The notes under the pieces are model-generated. The model was not told where the DNA came from, did no database searches, and saw nothing but the letters and a program-made list of their open reading frames with translations. A program made the translations under genes and the position numbers. A DNA stretch of 32,954 nt from Dicyema japonicum. Taxonomy: Eukaryota; Animalia; Dicyemida. Numbering within the stretch: position 1 is the first letter of the stretch; each line of letters begins with the position of its first letter. Location: assembly GCA_011109175.1 (NCBI GenBank), contig RDEW01000020.1:862514-895467 (forward strand), given 5' to 3'. Of the stretch, positions 1 to 10,982 are shown one piece after another.

Positions 1-760
1 TTTGGTAATGGCCAACACAAGCCGGACGCCAGAGTTGCTTGTGTTCTGAGGAATGAGGTCTTTGAGGTGCCCCGGAAAGAACCCATCAAGTCCCCCACTG
101 CTGTTCGGGACGAAAGAGAGAATCCCATTTTTTACGTCATTATTAGAAACAAGTAGATTGAGTAATTGTCTTGGGGATCTGATGGTCATTCGGGGGACTT
201 GGGTGTCTCTCAACAAATGCTGCGTATTGGACAAATATTAGGAAAATCGAGGAAATACAAAAAAAGGCTTACAGAGTAACGGAGGGTTGGATTTGTGAAA
301 ATCACCGAACCGGATCGACGCTTCTGGATGCCCTTATGAGACAAGACTACAGATCACAAGAATGTGGCCCTGAAAAATCAGTCAGCCGTTTTGTACGTTT
401 ATGAGCGGGCACGAGGAAGAACACCAGGCAGAGATGAGGTTTAGAGGGAACTGAGAACGTATGCTTGGGGTTCCTCCCATATCCACTACCAGGAAAACTA
501 ATAAATAGTTGCTTACCTAAGGAGAGATGTGGGTCTGTTAGTTAAAATTGAACACAGTCACCACGTGGGTCTCAACACCTACCTGTACAAGACCAGGTAG
601 GAAAAGTCCCCATTCTGCCCTTCATGCAACCTTGATGACAACGTGCATAGTACCTCTTCTTGTGTCCTGGCCTTCTGTGTTATCCCCTCACGGGATCAAC
701 CTTTTGGATCTCTGGGAACGTCCGTTATTGGGAATTACCGGGAGTACTTGATTTTATCTA
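1..760 (+). mobile_element. Decayed 3' end of an I-like non-LTR retrotransposon (C-terminal Cys/His region)
   Basis: Frameshifted peptides KIEHSHHVGLNTYLYKTR*EKSPFCPSC and DLWERP match the typical LINE C-terminus (LxxGH..LNxY..CPxC..H..DLW..P); followed by a T-rich tract. Confidence 0.55.
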
Positions 761-1149
761 TTTTTTAATTTATTTAACCACAAGAATAAAAAGAGAATAA
801 GTGTTGCCACCGATTCAATTAAGTGATCCTGTTATCTTTTAGGACTTAGGCAATGAACTTTCTCTGTTCTTTCAAGGTTACAACTGCTTCCTTGGGTTAG
901 GAAGATTATAAGAGTTGTCGATTTCACAGGCGGAAATGGAGAGGTAAGAAGTCAGCAATTCAGCGAATCTTCCAGCCTTGAGGACATGTACGATAATTGA
1001 ATTCTTCCACTTATTCGAATAGTATTTGTACTGATTGGCATGTTAAAAATGGCGGTATGACATCAATCGAAGTGTTAACGTATTTATGAGACGTGAGAAT
1101 GCTTGAAGCTTTTGAGAATAAACAGTCTTGGGCTGTAATTAACGAGTTT

Positions 1150-1600
1150 ATGTATTAGCAGCCTGGTGGTTCAAAGTCACAAATTTTTAAGGGAATAAAT
1201 GGTACGATTCTTTCTTTGGTCGGCGGATTGTGTAATGCAATTAGAGATATTAACAGATAATAAGGTTAAGGTCATAACAGATCCCACTCATGAGGCGACG
1301 AATCCTTCTGGTACGACACAGTAGTTTAAAGGGATCTTCCTATTTTCTTGATCAAATCCAATGGTTAAGATTACCATTATGAAAACTTTTCTGCAGACGA
1401 ATGAAATGATGTCCGCGACGATAGGATGTGTGATATAAATGGGAGAAAGCGAACCTACTTCTCCACCTCTCTTCTGGAGTGGAAGCCTATAATGGAGTAT
1501 AGATTTGATCGGTACAAGCAGACGTTCTCCATTGCGTTGCCTGTTTGGATTAATTAGTTGTGACTACATATGCTGGGTTTATAAAAGATTGTAAGTCTGG
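1150..1600 (+). mobile_element. Ty3/gypsy pol relic (RNase H-like)
   Basis: Broken frames give KTFLQTNEMMSATIGCVI*MGESEP..PLFWSGSL and RYKQTFSIALPVWIN*L*LHMLGL, resembling gypsy RNase H (LxTDAS..IGxVL..F.S..L..RY..LG). DNA 1310-1440 is homologous to the reverse complement of 5530-5665. Confidence 0.45.
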
Positions 1601-1614
1601 GGTTAATAAATAAA

Positions 1615-1750
1615 GTGCCGGGTGAAGGTTCTAGGCATCTATGATGCTTTGAGCTTGACGAGTTACGTCGTCATCAGTGAATGGTTGACTACGAAACCGG
1701 ATCGTATGAATACGACTCACACGCAAGCAATAAAGAAGTTAAAGAACATT
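1615..1750 (+). mobile_element. tRNA-derived SINE copy with most of the head deleted
   Basis: gccgggtg joined directly to aaggttctaggcatctatgatgc..ttgacgagt..gtcatcagtg..aaagaagttaaagaacatt; homologous to 4798-4997 and 14275-14436. Confidence 0.6.
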
Positions 1751-1860
1751 TATTGATTCCCCCTCCCTTTCAACAAATAGTTAATATAACTGCTTAAAAA
1801 TAACTAAAATAAAATTATTAAACCAAAAGTAATGCAATTAACGAAATCTAATATAAAATA

Positions 1861-4643
1861 TCAATGTGGATAAGGAGGATTACTTCTACTTCCTGCTATA
1901 TTTAGTTATAAGATAACCATATGACTGATTATGCAAAGTCTCCAAAAGCTGATTAGCCTCAAGTGACCGAGAATAACAGTAATCCATAACGTTAGAGTCC
2001 AGTCGTTCAAGGTAATTTATTATGGTTAAGTAAAACTAAAAACACTACAAAGCATTACGCCCAGTCCCTCAGAAATGTGAAAAACAACCTTCTGGAACTT
2101 CTCAAAACCAGAAGACAAATAATTCAAAAACTCTTCACGACTATTCTTCGAGGGTGTCGATGAATCCCCACTTGAAACAGCAAATCCGTTATCCACGCAA
2201 ATATTCTGTCATAAAGCAATAATCAAACGTTAATTTCAACAATAATGCTATCAAATGCCGTAAGGATATCGTAAATCTGCACATCATACGAGTCCTTCAA
2301 GAGTTTATACTCATCGTCGACTTTGAGGGGATAATTCTGTCGGTCTCTCTCTTTAAATTTGGGAACTATGAGATATTCAAATGGGAGTTACCAATTGTGC
2401 TAAAATCAGCATTCTTCAACATCTGACCCATTAGTTTTAGAGATTGTTGCTGCTCATCAGCCAAATCCATAAGACCTCTGAGTCTGGAGACCACGTGATC
2501 GTTCTTAGTTTGATTGGCTGTAGAAAGATTAGGAATCTGCTCCTCAATTTCACGATCAGACTTTTCCAAGATCAATATGGCGTCCCTGCATTGCAAGAGC
2601 ATGTTCCAAATGGTTTTGTCGACCTCATTAGCAGTAACAACCCTCGCTTCGATCGTCTTTAACTGAGACCAAAGAGTGGAAGTTAAGTTTGCAGAGTCCA
2701 TGGGGGTCCAGTACTGTCTGTAAGTGAGTCTCTGATTGTTGTCAAAGTTCTGTTCTCTATTTAGTGCCTCAGTACACTGAAGTAAAACGGATACTTACTT
2801 GGTGGATTAATACTAGACAATGTTGTCGTTTCTCGTCGATTTTAGACACGTTTTCCTCAATTTTGCTGATCGATCCAGCAGACCGGACTTGCTCAGCTAT
2901 TTTTAGCACATAGTCGGGGATCTGATTCTGGTTTGTCTCCAAAATGGCAGGAAGGTAAAACCTTTTCAATGTCCTGTCAATAAGATCAAAATCTACTTGT
3001 CATAATCTGCGGATTTTTCGCTCATTCTTTCAACGAAGGAAAGGACAAAGCTGTCCCACAAACTCTTGAAGGATTCAATCGCCTGCAATACTGCTGGTGA
3101 GCTAATGTCGTAAAAGGGGTCTAATAAACTTAACCATAACAAAAACTAGGAAATTTCGTGAAGGGAAATTCGGGCGAAATCATTTTAGCGATATTAGCGG
3201 TGGGGACTGGGGGAATATCACCTTCTGAAGGCTCAACGTCGTGATAGATAAAGTCATTCTCCTTCTTTGACTTTGTAAAACATTCGTTGTATAAATTCTC
3301 ATCCAAAAACTTTGTCTGGCAGCTTAGCTTGGCAGCAATCTGAATTTAGTACGCTTTTTACCCTTAATCTGGCGACCCTGAGANACAAAGCTGTCCCACA
3401 AACTCTTGAAGGATTCAATCGCCTGCAGTACTGCTGGTGAGCTAATATCGTAAAAGGGGTCTAATAAACTTAACCATAACAAAAACTAGGAAATTTCGTG
3501 AAGGGAAATTCGGGCGAAATCATTTTAGCGATATTAGCGGTGGGTACTGGGGGAATATCACCTTCTGAAGGCTCAACGTCGTGATAGATAAAGTCATTCT
3601 CCTTCTTTGACTTTGTAAAACATTCGTTGTATAAATTCTCATCCAAAAACTTTGTCTGGCAGCTTAGTTTGGCAGCAATCTGAATTTAGTACGCTTTTTA
3701 CCCTTAATCTGGCGACCCTAAGACCATAGTGGCCACTAGTCTCGTCCGTAAATGACTTGAAGTAGTGTGTCTGTGCTTTAAAATACATTGAACAGTTCTG
3801 AAGGAATGAAATAGATTCCTAAAGTCATCAAAAACCACAACATTAGGAAGTTTGGCCGCAGTCGATAAATCAACAGCCTTTTTGGCCAAATTTGCTCCTT
3901 CTGAGGAAATTTTGGAAAGAATCTCTTTGGAAGAGTCTGTAAATTACAAAGGGTTGAAACTTGTAGAGTTTGCCTTCTCGTAGACACAACAGAGGGCCTG
4001 TAATATACAAATGGCGGAATATGCTGAAAGAACAGAAGGGGACATGTCATCAGTGATTCTTTTCCCAAGCCTAGTTTCCACCACATCAGCCAAAAATTCA
4101 AATATCCCCGCGGATTTCTGTAATAAAAAGAAGGAATTGACTTGAAATAATATTTTGGATTTTTTGAGTTCATCCTCATTACCGAAGTTAACAGAACAGG
4201 CAATTGACGACTGAACAGCAGCAATACAGTACAAAACAGCACACAGTTCATACTCTAGAGTGGTCGGTTCTGTCTTATATACACAGAGTACTCTTATTGT
4301 CGACGAGTATCTTAATTTTTTCGGGAATCGCAGACTTCCAGATTAAGTTTTCGATTTTCTAATTGAAAAAAATGACTACTTGGTTAAGAATACTATTTGG
4401 GAGACTCTGTGTGAGGTAATAGATCAAATCATGGTATTTGTAGAGGTTTTCCAACGATTCAAAATTCATGAGAATGTCCGTTAGAGAATGTCTCAGAGAA
4501 TCGATCATTTCTATACCCGATGTGTATTCAGAGACCTCCAATTCTTTGCATTTAAGTATTTGGTACTTCAGTGACTGATATATTTTGACAAATTTGCTTC
4601 TTTTAATTGGAATCTTTATAAATTTGGTGTGTAAAGACATCAT
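1861..4643 (-). CDS. PDCD6IP: ALIX / programmed cell death 6-interacting protein (BRO1 + V domain), 13 introns of 21-26 nt, about 713 aa after removing the duplicated segment
   Basis: Spliced translation gives BRO1 motifs LEYELCAVLYCIAA, FQKSAGIFEFL, LQALCCVYEKA, HYGLRVARLR, KKENDFIYHD and V-domain FYLPAILE and EGLGFY..DYCYSRSLE. All 13 introns are GT-AG. ATG at 4643, TGA at 1861; 2783-340-301=2142 nt is an exact multiple of 3. Confidence 0.93.
3045..3723. repeat. 339-bp direct duplication (3045-3383 / 3385-3723) separated by a single N; probable haplotype assembly artefact
   Basis: Visible duplication with 5 substitutions, all synonymous in the ALIX frame; N at 3384. Confidence 0.9.
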
Positions 4644-4797
4644 CAAACAAAGAGTCTTATATTTTTAAATAATATTTATTTTTTTAACTATAAAATTTTA
4701 ATAAAATAATTCATCACATATTTATAAGTTTCTTTTTTTTATTTTGAATGATTATATATTTTAAATTAATTAATCCCTGATAGGAAAAAGTTAACAA

Positions 4798-4997
4798 GAG
4801 TCCGAGATGGCGTAGCGTCAAAATCCAGAAGGTTTTTGATTCTAATTTTGCTGCTGTCCATTCCGGATGAGGATTCCACTCATCGATGATGCCTCTGGGT
4901 TTGACGAGTAATGACGTCATCAGTAAATATCTTTTTGGGAACCGGATTGTCTACGGGGACTCACACGTAGCAAAAATAAAATGAAGTTAAGAGCATC
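4798..4997 (+). mobile_element. tRNA-derived SINE copy
   Basis: A-box-like tggcgtagcg, degenerate B box, then gctgctgtcca..gatgatgc..ttgacgagt..gtcatcagt..gactcacacg..gaagttaagagcat shared with the other copies. Confidence 0.6.
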
Positions 4998-5249
4998 CTG
5001 GCCTCTTTTCAACCTCAAAACTGGGTAGCTACAAACGATTCAGAATGTGATAATCTTCAGTTACTAAAGTGGCTTAGATTCGCTTTGGCTAAGTGGCCAA
5101 AATAACAAAGAAAGGTCTCAGATCCTATCGAAACTCTAACAAATAATCATCAGTGGTAAAAAACTCTTACACTCAAGCAAGTCTAAGAGAGTGACAATCC
5201 AACACATCCACTGATCTCATTTATCTTCCCCGTCATACTCATCGACAAT

Positions 5250-5700
5250 ATCTTAGAAAGTTATATGACCTCCCATCTGCCATTATGGAATCCCCTCCAC
5301 GGGAATCAAGAAGAGAAAAATCCTTTTTTGGATAACAGTCAGGCACTGGGCATCAAAGACCAGGTATCGTAGTGGCATCATTCACGTTGTATTTAGTTTT
5401 GATAGACAGACATTAGGTGGATCCAATGACGCCTCTAGGAATTAAGGAAAGAAAGGAAATCCTTCGAGTAAATAGAAATCTTCTGCTTTGAAAGAAAAGT
5501 GATGAAGTATGTTTGCCCTCTTCCATTTTCAACACATGTCCTACCGCCGCGGACATCACTTAATTCTTCAATGAAAGAGTTTTCATAATGTAATCTTCAC
5601 CAATGGATTTGATCAGGGAGAAGGTAGAAAGATCAGTTTCAACTACTATGTCGTGGCAGAAAGTCCATCATTTGGATCGAACCCACGATTGTCAGATCCG
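5250..5700 (-). mobile_element. Ty3/gypsy pol relic (RNase H-like), paralogue of 1150-1600
   Basis: Minus-strand VVETDLSTFSLIKS..IMKTL..VMSAAVGHVLKMEEG..FFQSRR and FYLLEGFP; DNA homology to 1310-1440. Confidence 0.45.
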
Positions 5701-5823
5701 ATGTCATCAGAAGTTACCAGAATGTTAGTTTAGACAATTTTTAAATTGAATATGGGTTTTTCGGATTGTTAAAAAAATTAAGATAATTTAATTAATTGTA
5801 TTTAAAAATAATTACTTAGTAAA

Positions 5824-6763
5824 ATGTTACTACAAACTAACACTCACTCTCCGTACGGAAAATTATCCAGTTTATGTTCACTAGTCGAAAATCTTAACAT
5901 GTTTGAATTAAAGTTCATTTATGAATACATACGTGAAATAATATCCCATTAACACTCACAACTTGAATATTTCGCAAATTCAAGGTCGTTTCTTTCAGAC
6001 ATGGAATCGTTAGATGATCAAAGATTATGTCATTAGTTAGTGGCTTTGCGTTTTTTCTTCCCGTCAAAAGGAGATTAAGAGAATGCCATCAGGCTTTTTA
6101 ATTTAACCAAGAAAGTCCTTAACAGCAACAAAGACCACGTGGATAATCAAAAGTTGGTCTATATTTTGTGGAAAAGACTTGTTGAAATTCCCCTTCCTCT
6201 AAGTCTTCAAGTCGCTATCACGTGCAATCGTATTTTTGAAAATAAATTGACGCACAATTTGAGTTATTCGATTGCATCATTTTATGATGAAAGGAAGGAG
6301 ATTAAAGAGATCAGCGAAATCAAATTTTATACTGATAATTCAAAGAATGAAATTTTCAAGTTCAAGGTGTTTAGTTGAGGCAATTTCAGGTTATCTGGGA
6401 AGATGGGACGAATTCTGTTGTGACAAGGACTTCGTCTGAGGTAACGGAGTTCAGTGCGAAGGTTAAAGTATCTGTTTATCTTAGTTATTGGTTGAATATT
6501 TTGAAATTTTTGAATTTCCTGAAAAGATAACTAAGTCCTCTGCCGAAAACGTTAATCTACTTGTTTCGGAGATTAACGATAATCTAGGTCTGCTTGGAAG
6601 ATAAAAAATAGTCAATGATTTTTTCAACACCTCATCGGAAGATGAAGTTTCCCCTGAATGTGGATTAAGCCGTTATAGTAAACTTTCTTTTAAACCTACG
6701 AAATTGTGCGCAAAATGTGGAAATTTTGGCCATTTACATTTTTACTGTAATTTGTATCAATAA
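5824..6763 (+). pseudogene. Decayed gag-like ORF ending in a CCHC zinc knuckle
   Basis: Frame from ATG 5824 runs through three TAA/TAG stops into ORF 6139-6378; after a frameshift it ends LCAKCGNFGHLHFYCNLYQ* (C-x2-C-x4-H-x4-C). Confidence 0.5.
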
Positions 6764-7139
6764 TTTTTACGATCTGTTCTTTTTTTAATAAATAACGATT
6801 TATTAAACTCCCAAAGTGTTGTGGTAAGGCACTTGACTAAATGCAAACTTTCATAGTTGCCTTAAAATTTTAGTGAGAGTTAGTCCTCAATAGTGTGAGA
6901 CAAATATTCTGATACGTTTTTTTCCAAGGTCTCCCTTTTGGGTTTTTGTAGGAGTCCAATTATTTCAATCAATTCCAGTATGATAAGGCCAGCAAATTGT
7001 TGGAATCCCAAATAAGTCACTACTTCGTTAAAAAAACTTTGTATGATGAATTAGTGCGAGATTTTTTTTCATACGTACAGAATATTGCAATTATACCATC
7101 TGCCATCATAATGTCTCTGTGGTCAAACTCAACAAGCCA

Positions 7140-7285
7140 TTAACCACTGTCCGAGTGAGACTCATCCTTTTTAAGCATCAAGTCCATCCATATCTACCAT
7201 TGTGGGAACCCCTCTGGTTAAGTAGGAGGGAGATAGATCATTTTTGGATGCTAATCACTTATGTCGTCTCATTACTTGGGGTGAT
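7140..7285 (-). mobile_element. Short RTE-like LINE 3' fragment, also present at 20495-20555
   Basis: cacaatggtagatatggatggacttgatgctt..aaaggatg matches 20495-20550 cataatggcagatatggatggacgtgatgcttggaaaggatg (MxDMDGxDAWKG). Confidence 0.4.
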
Positions 7286-7289
7286 AAAG

Positions 7290-9322
7290 TTATTATTATT
7301 AGCACTTATCGCTATGTCATAGGACTTGACAAAGCATGTGCAACACGAGTTAGCAAATCACCAGTTAATTTCGTCCACTTCCTCCTATTCAAAGCCGCGG
7401 AGCGTAACCAGTCAAGATCTACTCCATTTCCATGATGCCGTCCCATTTCTTTGAGGTCTTCGTCGAGAACGACTGGCAGTGTCGCCCTTGGGTGATCACA
7501 GAAACGGGGGGCTTTCAACATGAAGTAATCCTCCATGGCTACGTTCGCAGGGGCATCTAGGTCCAGTCGCAGAATATAACCGAAAAGCCTTCATCGTGTA
7601 TCCAGAATTTCATTTGAGATTTCAGAAGTCCTCGTCTTTTTATATAGAAGATTAGATGACATCCTCGTATCACCTCTTCCGAACATCATATGTCGTAGTT
7701 GGTCTCTATGAAACGCATTAAGCCTCTTCAGTTCATTTCTTGAGCAGGCCTAGGTACCAGCTTATACAGTAGTATCGTTTTCACTAGCGAATTGTATAAT
7801 CGAGTTTTTGTTATAATGTCAAGGCCCTTTTTGTGAAGTCAGGTGTTCTTCAGTCTGGAGAGGGCAGTTTGTGCTAAGGTTTTCCTTCTTGTAATGTCTT
7901 CATGGTCTCCAAGGAGGGAGCCAAGTTTTTTGCATTTGCGCTAGTGCTCTTCCGTCCTTGTTCCTTCCCTCTTGAGCTCAGTTACCTCAGTCTTGCCCGG
8001 ATTTACTGTTAGGAACCATTCAGCTAGTCTTCCAGGCACCTCTTCCAACAAGTGGGTGAGCGATATTTTGTCATTAGAAATAAAGTCTACGTCGTCAGCT
8101 ACGCAATAATGTATGTCTTTTCACCCAGTATCGGTTTTGATTCCCGTATAGCAGCTTCAAGGTATATGAAAAAAAGAATAGATGATAATGGTCTCCCTAT
8201 GGAGTGCCAACAGTCGTCTCAAATCGGCGAGACAAGGCTCCCCCGACTCTTACAGTGAGTCAAGTATCAGCTAGGAAAGTGGTGGCCATTCTGACAGTGG
8301 AAGCGTCTAGGAAACTCCCCAGAACCAGTATTAGCCTCCGTCTGTCGACAGAGTCGAAGGCCCTCGAAATATCGATTCCGAAAATGGTTGTAGAAATTTT
8401 GAACTTTTGAACGGCCGCAGATCTCCACTTGTGGGACCACAAAATATCGGAAGTATATCTTCCTTCTCGGAATCCGCTGTGGTATAGCGACAGAAAAGTA
8501 TCTAGGCGTCTTTCCATTGTAATGTTATGTTCGCCAGAATTTTTTAAGGTGAATTCATTAATATAACTGGATGGAGGTTCTCCACCTCAGCTCTTGGTTT
8601 ATTTTCCTTCTGTACAGGTATCAAGATACCCTCTCCCAGGGTCAGCATGTGACCATAATAGTACATCTCGTTCAGGATCCTAGCGATGCATTCATACAGC
8701 TTTTTGGTTCCATATTTGAAGAATTCACCACCAAGGGCCAGGAATCCTGTTGTTTTTCAACTTGGAACTCGCAAGTTCAACTTCATGTGGTGTGATTTCT
8801 TCTTCCAATTTTTTTCGTTCTAGGATGATATTGTTGTTCCTTGGATTGAAAAGTTTTCCAAAGTGGGCAGCGATAATTTCCGCCACTTCCCTTTGGTCTA
8901 CAATCTGCGTTCCTTTGTCATCTCTTATCATTATCAGTTGACGGAGTCTCTTTCCTTTTATCTGTTTAACAGCCTCGTAGAATTTAGCGTTGTCCCTGAG
9001 AGATTCTATCTTCTTAATCTGGTCCAGTGCTCTATTTCTGTTATGCTGACGTATAGTTTTTCTTATTTTTGCTTTGATAGTCTTTCTTTCTAGCCGCAAT
9101 TTTGATTTTACGTTCGAATCGTCAGTATTTTGATATAGTATCCATGTGGTCTTTTGCTTATTAGAAAGGTCCTTCACCGTGTACACGTCATTGTGCGATG
9201 GGATTTTCTCATGTTCTTTCAATAGATGCAGGCTGGCTCCTTTATGTATTGAGTGCTTTACAAAATCCCAGGATTTTCCGGGCGGCAAATCTGTAGCCAT
9301 GTTTTCTAGTTCGTCCAATTTT
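7290..9322 (-). mobile_element. 5'-truncated RTE-clade LINE (linker + RT + C-terminus), frameshifted
   Basis: Peptides AAHFGKLFNP..EITPHEVELASSKLKNNRIPGP, SGFREGRYTSD, GIDISRAFDSVDR, ADDVDFIS and WLRSAALNRRKW; 3' end gcgataagtgctaataataataa shared with 22667-23072. Confidence 0.85.
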
Positions 9323-9324
9323 GT

Positions 9325-10530
9325 AACCCGGTAAAGTGAAAAAGGACCCAGCTTCATACAGACCGGTCGCGTGATTGTGTTCGGTGTCGAAAATTTTGGA
9401 AAGGATGGTTCTTGCGAAAATCAAAAATTTCCTTCCGGATTTGTCGTTTTAACATGGTTTTAAAAAGGAGAGGTCTATTTCGACCCATTTATCTGCATTG
9501 ACTCACTTTATACGATATGGTTTCTCGCACAGCCCGGGACACATGAAGACTGTACTTTGTTCCATAGATGTCCACAAGGCTTTAGACTCTGTATCAAGGC
9601 GGATTCTTGGAAAATTTACCAAACAAAGATCCCTGGTAAACTCAAACTCTGGCTAGATAACTTCCTTAGTGGTCGGAGGGGACGCGTCTGTATTGGCTAG
9701 TCAAAGTCTATTTCACGGCTTCTCCCTAATGGGGTTCCCCAAAGATCCCCTCTGTTTCCAGTTTTCCACTCCAGACTCCGAAAATGATATCGTTCTAACT
9801 TATGCCGACGACAACGTCATTGCGTTACGCGACCAGGAAATCCAGATTGCCACTTCGAAATTGCAAAAAAATCTGGACAGTCTTGACAAATGGCTATCAA
9901 AGAATCGCCTAACTACTAGCAGTGAAAAGTCCGTCACAACCCTATTTACTTCAGACAATAGACTGGGAAGACGGAAGGTCGAACTGAAGGCGAACAATGC
10001 AAAAAATGAAGCTATTCCTTTCAGAAAATCTCAAAGGATCCTGGGGTGACTTTTGACATGCATATGTCATTCTCTCCCCATGTTGAAAACGTAATTACGA
10101 AATGCGAAAAAAACTAATGTTCTGAAATGCCCCACAGGCTTATGGAAGATCGGAAAGCATTTTGTTTTGAGCACTGTATATAAACAATTCATTGAACCAT
10201 GCATCTCTTATGCATGTGGTATATGGGGTCCACTCATCTCTTGGACGAATGTCTTGAAAATAGAGGCTAGCCGGAGAAGAGCCTCCAAAATCACGGAACG
10301 CTGGATCTCTGGAGAACTCCAGCCACCAATGCCTCTTGAAGCCTTGATAAGAATGAACCACAGAACGCGCCGTCGTGACTGCGAAGGTCCAGTTACTCGA
10401 CCGACACGTGCTTGTGTGGGGACGAGGGAGGAGCATCGGGCAGAGATGATGTCATTGCTATAGCGTGCTGGGATCACTTGATTAGTTAGTTTGTGTAACC
10501 GTGGTCTCTGATGTTGTGATTATGTTATGT
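9325..10530 (+). mobile_element. I-like LINE RT fragment with internal deletions and (ATGTT)n-like tail
   Basis: PASYRPVA*LCSVSKILERMV, IDVHKALDSV, NGVPQRS, LTYADD, ILGVTFD (with a frameshift), YKQFIEPCISYACGIW; ends tgattatgttatgtt. Confidence 0.85.
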
Positions 10531-10699
10531 TAAAAATACTTTTATCAAGGAAAGACAAGATAGTAAACGGTTATAAAAATACTAGATAATTGATTGGCTG
10601 TAGATTATTCTATAATCACCATTTTTCAAAATCAGCAATCCAAATGGTAATTAACGTAGTAGTGTCTAAGTTTTTTCTAAGCAATTTCATATTAAAAAA

Positions 10700-10850
10700 A
10701 CAATAATTTCAGTTTCATCATTCCTATCGTAGTTGAGACAACTAGAGGAATAAGCGGGATATCGCTTTGTTTCCTCAAGAAGGTGGAACGACTGACCACA
10801 CTCAAAAACCACTACGCACGTGAGACTCTCCGTTGATTATGTCGACGAGG
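10700..10850 (+). mobile_element. CRE-like endonuclease C-terminal relic
   Basis: IPIVVETTRGISGISLCFLKKVERL resembles PxAVETSGxxGxxSLxLLxKIG in the other CRE copies. Confidence 0.35.
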
Positions 10851-10982
10851 TCCATTTTTGTTTAATTTTAGTTTATTGGTCGAAATAAATGTTTTTCATT
10901 TTACCAAATATTTCGATTAAATTAACAATTTCAATATTTTAAGCATAAAAAATGACTACAATTTTATCTACAAAAAAGAAAA

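Noticed and set aside
5064-5077. 14-nt exact match (ctaaagtggcttag) to the SINE head
   Set aside because: Too short and without flanking homology; may be chance.
5824-6378. Ciliate-type code (TAA/TAG = Gln), suggested by in-frame TAR codons in the gag-like ORF
   Set aside because: No exonic in-frame TAA/TAG was met in the spliced ALIX and POLE2 models; POLE2 and the CRE ORF end in TAA at the expected homologous position. Ordinary decay explains the stops.
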